Notes under the pieces: generated by a model
What the model was told of the DNA's origin: nothing
Seen by the model: the letters and a program-made list of their open reading frames with translations, nothing else
Database searches by the model: none
DNA from: Hamiltosporidium tvaerminnensis FI-OER-3-3
Taxonomy: Eukaryota > Fungi > Microsporidia
Direction: 5' to 3'
Assembly: GCA_022605425.2 (NCBI GenBank)
Contig: CM061246.1
Span: forward strand, 186,001 to 250,000
DNA: 64,000 bases
Translations under genes and position numbers: made by a program
Shown: piece after piece, positions 49,320 to 58,358 of the stretch
How positions within the stretch are numbered: the stretch's first letter is position 1
How the letters are laid out: the number at the start of each line of letters is the position of its first letter

Positions 49320-50051
49320 TTAAAGAGCAGCAGGAGTAACAGACTCATCATCTACTGGACTAATATCATCTTGCATTTTAACACCAGCACTTTCTTCATT
49401 TTTATTTTCTTCAACCAACATTTCAAGTTCAACAGGATCACGATAAAAGAATAATTCAATTTGATTATTGATATCTTCAATTAAACTGATCTTTCCTTGC
49501 ATATAACCAATTAAACGAGAAAGAATAAAGAACCCTGCGCCTATGGCTAAAGGAGATCTATTGTTCATAGGTATTGCTACGTCAACAAAAGAAATTTCAT
49601 TGTCTGTATTGGTGAATGCAATACAGGGTGTATTGATATAAGAATTTTCTGCTACTGTTTGCTTATCAGCAAAAGGATCAGAGACTAAAACCAATCTGGG
49701 TTCTCTTACACCTTTGATTTCTTGGTTGGTAAAACTTCCAGGTATAAATCTACCTGTTATAGGTGTTGCTCCGGTAGTCTCGCAGAATTTGAGAACAGCT
49801 CTTCTTCCAAAATTTTTGTTGGAAACAACGATAACGTTTTTTGGATTTTCCACTGCCACAAACATTCTGGCAGCCAAAATTAGTTTTTTCCACATTTTGG
49901 GGATATCGATAACGTGGATTTTGTCATCTGGTCTTTGGCCAAAAATATATTTTCTTAAGTAGTTGGTACAGTTTGTACCGCCAAGATGGCAGGAACATCC
50001 GATTAGTGCATTTACTATTTCGTCTGCAATTGGTATTACTGGTTGTTTCAT
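49320..50051 (-). CDS. RPS0: 40S ribosomal protein uS2 (S0/SA)
   Basis: HLGG.N, LILAAR, RAVLKF..TGATPI.GRFIPGSFTN, EPRL..SDP..D.Q, VDVAIP.NN, LFFYRDP.E. Confidence 0.97.
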   Translation of the reverse strand: MKQPVIPIADEIVNALIGCSCHLGGTNCTNYLRKYIFGQRPDDKIHVIDIPKMWKKLILAARMFVAVENPKNVIVVSNKNFGRRAVLKFCETTGATPITGRFIPGSFTNQEIKGVREPRLVLVSDPFADKQTVAENSYINTPCIAFTNTDNEISFVDVAIPMNNRSPLAIGAGFFILSRLIGYMQGKISLIEDINNQIELFFYRDPVELEMLVEENKNEESAGVKMQDDISPVDDESVTPAAL

Positions 50052-50184
50052 TTTGAAAATTAAGGGTAAGAAATATTGAATTTGAAAAAACTAAGAAATT
50101 TATTTTTTTTTTAAGAAAAAAAGAAATTTTAAAAAATGAAATTATGATGTAATAAGCGGTTGAAAAATATATTTTTAAGCACAA

Positions 50185-50905
50185 ATTGAGGATCGAAGTT
50201 AGAGTGGAGCGTGGATATCCACAATAAAAACTTTCTGCTTGACAATGAGTGTGTGAATATGGTGGGTAGATCATTGTTTAGAGGCTTAGAAGAATACAAC
50301 CACACTACATCTTCGGTTGTTCCATGGGAGTTGTTATGAGAAGAAGAGGTCTACGAAATGACAAAACTTTTTTTAAAAATTTATTTGTAGTTTTTTATGT
50401 AACTAGATCGCAGATCGTAGCTGAACTTGACGGTATTACCATGTAAAAGCATGAAAACCTAGCCTTGCTCATTCGGGTTAGAAGACTTAGCGCCTGGGAG
50501 ATATAAAAAAATAAAAACAGTTAAAGCCGGGAAAGCCAAGTAGCAGGTTATATCTGTTGGTATTACGACATTGCACTGTCTAGGTTGACCCCATGTAAGT
50601 CTCTGAAATATATCTTAACCAGAATTTTATTGGGTTCAGAAAGTGTAGAGTAAGTGTGAATGCTGCATAGTCTTGGGAAAGCCCAAAGAGGGAAGCTTCG
50701 GTGTTCGATCACACTCCATGCAACGGACATAACGAACTCCGGGAAACTGGATCGCCTATTAATTAGGTTCTGCACACCTGTTAGATGAAAGGTTTTGGGA
50801 TGTAGGTATCGCAGGGGTTACCGATAGATTGTTGGGGTAGCATTCATTTATGTTAAACTTAGAACTCCGTTAATGTCATAAAAACAAATCTAACACTTGC
50901 CCTTA
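50185..50905 (+). ncRNA. Candidate large structured non-coding RNA / non-autonomous element, copy C1 (best preserved)
   Basis: GC-elevated island with no conserved ORF; homologous to 62250-62940, 57155-57830 and 29505-30155; multiple helices conserved with C2. The repeat is certain; RNA function is inferred. Confidence 0.75.
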
Positions 50906-51169
50906 TTTTCAAAAAGATGTGATACTTTCAAATAAAAAATTTCTTTTATTAATTATAATTAATTTATTTAGTGGTAATATATAATTTGAATCTAAAGATT
51001 AGCAATTGAATAAAGAATAACAAGAGAACAAATATGATATTATTTAAATAATCTACTTTATAATATAAAATAATCGAATCATTTAATTTTAAGATCTGAA
51101 TATTGATTTTAAAATATTTTTTTACAGTAAAATAGTTTATTTACGAAATCGATCTTATAATTAAAGAGT

Positions 51170-51607
51170 TCAAGAAATACTTATTTTATCATAAGCGCGT
51201 ATTATAAAAAATGCTAGAACAAGAAAATAAAAAAATAATAACAAACTTGCAAAAACAATTCCGACCGTTGATACCACGGGACACCTGACACAATTTCTTA
51301 CACCAACTTGCATAACAAATAAATTATCTAATATTATAAAAAACCCAAGTATAAAGGCAATTCTTGCAATCACATTATAAGCTAAATTAGAAATACAAAT
51401 ACCTTTTACAATTTTTTCGACGAACAATTTTTTAAAATTTAAAAAATTTAATAGCGTAGCAGAAAATAACAAAAAGGAGATAATTGTTAAGGCAGTAAAC
51501 TGATATACAAATAAATAAGCAGTGGATGCAATTATAATTAACTGTAAAGATGCAAGAAACTATTAGAATATAAAACTTACTATTTCTATTTTAGCTAAGG
51601 TATTCAT
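51170..51607 (-). CDS. ~138-aa multi-pass membrane protein with a 21-nt intron (exons 51607-51581 and 51559-51170)
   Basis: ATG at 51607 gives MNTLAKIEI; intron GTAAGTTTTATATTCTAATAG; exon 2 (FLASLQLIII...) is in frame with ORF 51170-51472. Confidence 0.75.
51560..51580 (-). other. 21-nt spliceosomal intron
   Basis: 5' GTAAGT, branch-like CTAAT directly followed by AG; contains in-frame TAA TAG, so it must be removed for translation. Confidence 0.75.
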
Positions 51608-52227
51608 TTTTAAATAAGGCTAAATTTATCTAAAAATATTCATGAAAATTAATGAGAAATAATTTTCAATAGAATTTTAATAGGAAGAAAAACTCATGAA
51701 ACCAAAAAAACAATCCTCATATGAGTTTATATAACAGAATGCAAATTTATTACAGAATTTTAAATAAATTGTGTGTTTATTTTTATTTTAAATAGTTAAT
51801 TAATTAATTTTAAAATATTTTTAAATTTAGAAAAATAAAGGCGTGTTTTAAAATAGAAAAAATAAACATATTGTTTGTAAGTTTAGATACCATGTTTTTT
51901 TTATATTTTTATTGAATAGCAATATATTAATTTTTATTTTTGTTTTATAAATATCAGATTTATTTTTAGAAAACAAGAAAATGATACTCAAACAAGTTTA
52001 TTGCGAAAACAAAAAATAAATGCTAAAAGGTTTTTCTAATTATATTTTTTTGGTTATTCTACCTTTTTTTCCCGTTTTAGAACCATTTAATTTTTTATAT
52101 TTGACTATTTTTCTATAGTTTTGAGCTAATCCTTTGATTTCGGTCATTTTATTTACATCTTGGAATCAATAATTTTTTTGCAATTCAAATCACTAATATT
52201 AAAAAAAGACATGAGGGTGAATTTTAT

Positions 52228-53922
52228 ATGGATTCACAGCAGGAAAAACGACAGTCACAAACTTCACATGATCATAGTACCAAAATAATAAAAAGAATTT
52301 CTAATATGAGTGAAACTACAAATGAAAATATGAATGAAAACTGCACTTGTAAAATAGAAAGTTTTTCATATAAAATTCAAGAAGCAGAAAATATATTTCA
52401 ACCAAAAAAAACTTCTACTTGTGCAAAAAATTATTTCAAGGAGAATATACACATACAGATGGTTTTTAGAATGAAATTGGCACAAACAAATCCAAATATT
52501 TTTTTAAAAGCACAAAATGTTGCACATGAGGCTCACAAACCAATTACGATGTATGATTTTTCCATAATTTATCTTAATTTTCTAATGGCAATAAATATTG
52601 GTCCCGAAAGAAATAGTATCATTATTTTTGATTTAAATGTATTTTCAGCTGTATTTGATACAAATTACAGCGATAATTTAATTGATAAATTCATTAAAAA
52701 ACTTATTGATGATCCTATATTGTACAATAAAGTAGAAAGAAATATTTTTATTATCATTTTATTGATTGTATTAATTTATACAATCAGAAATAATTTTGAG
52801 AAATACACAGTTCTCTTAAAAAGAAAAATATATGATAATTCACATCTTTATGAATTTGTGCAATGTAATTTTTATTATTTTTATACCAAGGATATCACAA
52901 TAGATAAATTACTTCTAAGATGTGATCCATTACTGGATCTTCGTCAAGAATCAATTTTTCTTAATTTTTTTTATAAAAAATATTTTTTAAAAGATAAAAT
53001 TGATGAAAATTTATTATTACTTTTCCAAAAAAGAATATTAACTAAATTAAAAAAAATCGATGGAAACCATGTATTTACTTTTTAAAAAAATATATTTTTG
53101 TATGAAACCGTTATTTATGATATTTCTACAAAAGAAAATGTTTTGAAAGTGATTGTATCATTTTATTCAACAGTTTTAAACCTAAAAATCAAAGAAACAG
53201 TAGTTCAGTCCATTTTTAATATTCTAGAGATTGTTTTTACAATATTTTCAGTGGAAGATACATGTTTTCAAACTATTGGTAATGGAATTATTAACTTTCC
53301 ACTGACTAATAAAACAACTCTAAAATATACATATCTTTGGAAAATTAGAATGAGCTTGGATTTTGATGATCTTAAATGCCTAATTCAAGAATATAAAGAT
53401 AATTTCACTTATTTAATGTTATATTTTGATGAAATATTTGGAATATTTTCAATTATAGATTTAGTAGATATCTGTTTAGAGAATATATGTAAATGTATAG
53501 AATATATAGTTTATATGTTTGAAGATATAAAAATAGAATTTAATTTGAAGTACATAACTGAATATATAAAATATTTAACCATTCTTTTTGTTAAAATAAA
53601 TAAGAAAATGGAAGCTATGAAAATAACTGATTATCAAATACTTAAAAATTTAAATTTCAATACATGGAATAAAATTTCTAAAATAATTTTAATTTCACAC
53701 AAATTTATTTATAAACAAATTGAAGTTGAAAGTAAAAAGAAAAAAACGATAAATAGAAAATCAAATGTGTTTGATAAATATTTATTATCGCTTGTAAAGG
53801 CTATACGTGACAGTGAAAGTAAAATTATGATATTTACACAAGAAAACAATATTGAAGAAAATATAATACGAGTAAAATATCAATCTTTGATTGTAAATGA
53901 AATACCTGAGACGGAATTTTAA
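52228..53922 (+). CDS. Hypothetical ~564-codon protein interrupted by one in-frame TAA (53083-53085)
   Basis: ORFs 52228-53085 and 53098-53922 are in the same frame, separated only by a stop at a T5/A7 junction. Confidence 0.55.
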
Positions 53923-56799
53923 AAGAAACATTATTTTTATAAATAACTTTGTACTTTTATTTGTCATTTGTTTTAAGTATGAAGTATTGGTTTAGCAATT
54001 TTCGCGATTTTTATTTTGGTTTTATTGATTTTTCTTAACATTTTTTGAAATATGTAAAAAAATAAATATAAATTAAAAATATTTTTTTTTGAATTTTTAT
54101 TGTAATTTTTATATGAAATTTCGATTTCGGTAAAGAATTTATAATTTTTTTAATACTTTTATATAAAAAAACATTTGTAATTTTAATAGCTTCAGATAAT
54201 TATTTTATGAATTTTATAATTGGATTCGTCTAGATTTTAAACTTTTAATATATAAAAATATACTTTGATTTATTCCAATAGTTCATCAAATAAAATTTAT
54301 CAAATGAATTTTTTTTAAGCTACATTATATCAAAATCATTAGTTTGTTTTAAAAAATCATTGGTTTGTTCTAAAAAATTTAACTTAAATCTTTCATACTT
54401 TAAAAATATGTTTGAATTAGATTATTTAAAGTTTTAATTTGCAAAACTATATAAAATAATTTTTAATTGATTTATGAACTAATATATATGTAAGATATTG
54501 TAAGTTTAAACTGATTTATTGTATTTAACTCAATATCTGACACTTTAATGTCATTAATGTAAGAATTTTTTTTAGATTATAAAAATATTTTTAGACTTGG
54601 TTTTTTTTATTTGTCAGGTTCAGTTCTCAGATAATATAGATTTCCAATTTTAGTTTTTATATTTTTATTTGCAACAGAAATTCCATTTAATTTTGAATTC
54701 GAATTTATGATTTATATTTTACAGACTTAATCTATCTAATCATTTTTTCCGACATTTGGATTATATAATATTATAAATAAGTATACAACTATATATGATA
54801 AACTAAGAGTCATAAGTTATCTCCGAGCTGTATAAATATACAAAGAAAAGAGCAAAAGACCAGAAAATCTAGATAAAAGATCCGAAATGAATAAACAGTG
54901 GATGAATTAAGTATTTTTTGTGGTTTCTTAATAAAATCTATTTATCGAATATAGAAAAATGAAGATATTAAAAAATATAAACTATGAAAGATAAATTTGA
55001 CTTTAATATTAATAAATGTAAATCAGCGAAAACTTTTGAAGTATAAAAGAGTACATTTTCCTCAAAAAAATCGATACATAATAAATTCAGTAGATTTTTA
55101 TTATCTTATATTGAATCAAAGAAAATTTCTTCATGAAATTTGATTAAAAAAATATTTTTAAAAAATGTACGCATTAAATTATATGATATAGATTTTCTTT
55201 CAAATTATGGATTTATAACATTTTCTTAAGTTTTAATTTTAAAATTCATAATTTGTTGTCAAGCAATTAAAAATTTAAAATTTTTTTATAAATATCTTTT
55301 CATTCTAATGTTGAAGTTAAATAATAAATCATCCAATATAATTGTTTCAAATAAAAATATTTAAATTCTTCTTTTTTAAATTATTTCAAGATGGTATTTT
55401 ATATTCATAGAGTTGTATTTAAATATCCTACTTAGAATCTTTTTACGTATAATTTAGAAATAAAATATTTTAAAAAAAATATAAAAAAAATTCCTTAAAG
55501 TAATTAATTTAAAATTTTATCAAAAAAAAATATTTTTGTATTAGATTATAAGTTTTTTTTCATATTTGAACCAAAATGAAGATCAAAATACTTGCTTTTC
55601 GTGATATATAAAGAGAAATATTTTTGTTTATAAAAATAATTTTATTAAAAAATTTAAAATAACGATTTTCTTAAAAAATTTAATTTATTAAAAAAAGTAT
55701 AAATACGCTTGTATTTTTTTAAAAAAATGTATCTAAAAAATGTTTTCTTTTATATTTGCTTTTTAACATTTCTTAGCTTACAATTTGATGCATGTTTGAA
55801 ACTAAAGAAAGATGTAATCTATAATGATATATTTGAACCAGATTATGAATTTAAAGAATGTAATACGATTATTCTTGTTTATAAAAATGTTTATAAGTTA
55901 AATGTATTCGTAAATATTTCTAAAGAAAAAGAAAAATACGCAGAAGATTGTATATTATATGAAAAATTTTAAAATACTAAGAAAAACTTGCTTAAACTAC
56001 TCGAAGTTATTTAAAAATCAAAGACACACTAAAAATTAAAATTGCCGTGTAAGAATAGATTCATTTGAATGAAACTAGATTCATAAATTGAAGATTTAAA
56101 ATACTATTAATTATTTTATATCTAATTCTAATTTTATTAGAGTATTTATAGGAAATTTACAAATGTTTCTTTAGTTATAATAATCGGCGGCTGTTGTGTG
56201 AGTAGAAGATAAAATCAATCAAAAATACTATCTAAAGAGAAAAAATTGAACTTCCATTAGTAATTAGGTTAACAAGCAATGTCTCTTTTTTTAACTTTTT
56301 CATAACGAGCAATTAGGTATATAAAAAAGTGAAGAAATTAAATTATATCGACTTAATTTTTAATAATGAAGCTTTTTATGAACAATTAGTATCAAATATT
56401 TAAAATAAACACAAAGTACGGGTTATTTTATTGTTTTTTAGGTCAACTATATCTTTTTATTCTATACCAGTCAAAGTATTGCCTATATGTGATTAATAAT
56501 CCTTATTTTTTGGTTTTTCTTGATTTTTATATTTGACTCTTTTCGTATATTTTGGATTCTGAACTCTTATCAATAACTAAAGGTTCTATAATTCAGCTAA
56601 TTGTTTTCTAAAATACAAATAGTCTTTGACATATATACTCAATGAGGTAGGTTTTATTTCTATATTTTTTCTTTTTGTGTCAAATCGCAGTTTATCATTT
56701 CTAATTTTTATAAATATTTTTAATCCTTATAAATGCCTCATCAACTCAATGAATATGCATTAGAATTTTTGAGTAGTATTGTATATATATGGCTTATAT

Positions 56800-57110
56800 T
56801 ATTACCGATATATTTAGATTTTTATTATACATGTAAAGTATAAGTTAGAATCTCATTAATCATTTTAATTATAGGAATTATCTCAACAATACACTTATAA
56901 ATAAGGCCAAAAACATCGTCTTATTTGTCGTAATTCCCTGGATTCAAATTTTTTTTATTTTAAGCAAGTCAATGACGTAATTCTGAATTTAATATGCCTT
57001 GCTACTGTTATTTTTTAATCAAAAAAATATATCTAGTCTAATATTTCAAATAAAAATACAAATTTTATTTTGTTGTCCTCTTCCATGTCCGCATACTCAT
57101 TTGCAAGGAT
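56800..57110 (-). mobile_element. Decayed RLE retrotransposon endonuclease fragment
   Basis: attatctcaaca.tacacttataaataaggcc matches 18613-18644; ILANEYAD is encoded near 57085-57110. Confidence 0.6.
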
Positions 57111-57154
57111 ATATTTTAAAAGATTTATTCTCAAAATATCACATCAATTTAAAA

Positions 57155-57830
57155 CAGTGGAAAGTGTTATATTTTTCATGGCTTTAACGCAGTTCTAAGT
57201 CTAAGATAAATAACTCTCCATTGGTACTCCTCGAATACATACATCCCAAAGCCTTTAATCTAACAGGTATGTGAAATCCAATTAATGAGCAAGCAGATGC
57301 CTGGAGTTTGTCAATTTCCGTTGCATAGAGTGTGATCATAGATCAAACCCACCCTGGGCTTCCTCAAGACTATGCAGCATTTCCACTTAATCTACACTTT
57401 CCGAACCTCATAACCCACCAGAAGATATATTTCCGCGATTTAAATATGGGCTACCTAGACAGCGTAATGACGTACCAACATATATAATCTGCTAATTCTC
57501 TCTCTTGGTTTTAAATTGTTTTATTTTTGTATCTCCGAAGCGCTAAGTCCTCTAACTCGTGGTGTAAGGCTAGATTTCCATGCTTTTAAATAGCAATTAC
57601 GTACAATTTAAGTTGCGGTCTGCATTTTGATTACATAAAAAACTACAAAATAGATTTTTAGAAAGGGTTTAGTCGTTTCATGAGCCGCTCCCTCCTCTTC
57701 CTCATATAACCTCTCTTGGGGCAGCTGAAATGGGTGTGGCTTTATTCCCACCAAAAATCCAAACAATGATTTTATATATCAATCTCGCATACTCATTGCC
57801 AAGAATTTTTTTCCGTAGTTATCTTCCCTT
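57155..57830 (-). ncRNA. Copy C3 of the dispersed structured non-coding element
   Basis: Reverse complement reads tttgtagttttttatgtaa..aaaagcatg..gttagaggacttagcgc..ctgtctaggt..gaaatatatctt..gaaagtgtaga..atgctgcatagtcttg..gatcacactc.atgcaacgga..acctgttagat..cttagaactgcgttaa, colinear with C1. Confidence 0.85.
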
Positions 57831-57859
57831 TAATATACATTAAAAGTAAAATTATAATA

Positions 57860-58190
57860 TTAATTTGATAAATTTCTTGGTTAAAATGTTTTTCGAGATT
57901 TTATACAATTTCTTCTACCTCTTGTACTACCATATTTTCATCTTATAAATCCGACTCTTCATTTATGTTCATTTTCGGTTCCTCTAGTGTGGTTCCTTCA
58001 TCCAAAATAAGGGGTGAATAGTTATTTTTTTTAAAAATGTTTGACATCATATTCTCGTTACTTGCTTATTTCAAAAAGAGATATTGTTCCTCGGGCATCT
58101 TGCCTCTGGTAATAACACACTTTGAAGCTTTTATCGGCTTTCTTCGCCATTTGGTCGCGGATCAAATCCTCTTTGTCAATCAAAGGAGTT
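57860..58190 (-). mobile_element. Decayed 3' end of an RLE retrotransposon
   Basis: ttcttctacctc, aaatccgactcttcatttatgtt, ggttcctcta..gtggttcct and tcaaagga match the family 3' region. Confidence 0.75.
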
Positions 58191-58358
58191 CATTTCAACC
58201 ATCCTCGTATTTAAATTATAAAATTAATATTTCTTTAAAACATTAAAAAATACACCATTTTTTCGTTGAATAATTAAAATAACAGACTTTAGAATTTAAA
58301 GTAATTCATATTTGAATTTATAATTTTATAAAACATCTTTCCATAAACCAACCCCATC

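Noticed and set aside
50420-50430. gctgaacttga resembling the LSU rRNA 5' motif
   Set aside because: Not conserved in C2 and no further rRNA similarity.
50476-50680. Structured element as a group I intron (AGAAGACTTA ~ R, GCCGGGAAAG ~ P, ATAGTC ~ S)
   Set aside because: The motif order is wrong, no Q strand pairs with the P-like segment, and the S-like ATAGTC is not conserved in C2.
50563-50775. 70-aa ORF (and the 84-aa ORF 62196-62450) overlapping the element
   Set aside because: Frames are not preserved between copies; incidental.
50240-50780. Structured element as a group II intron (GTGTG near the 5' end; AGCCG..GGTT or GAAC..GGTTC as domain V)
   Set aside because: No 34-nt domain V with the AGC triad and bulge followed by domain VI near the 3' end; GTGYG is not conserved across copies.
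50384-50888. MITE interpretation of the terminal complementarity
   Set aside because: The pairing is short and bulged, uses G-U in C2, lies internal to the homologous unit (a ~200-nt leader extends beyond it), and I found no TSD.
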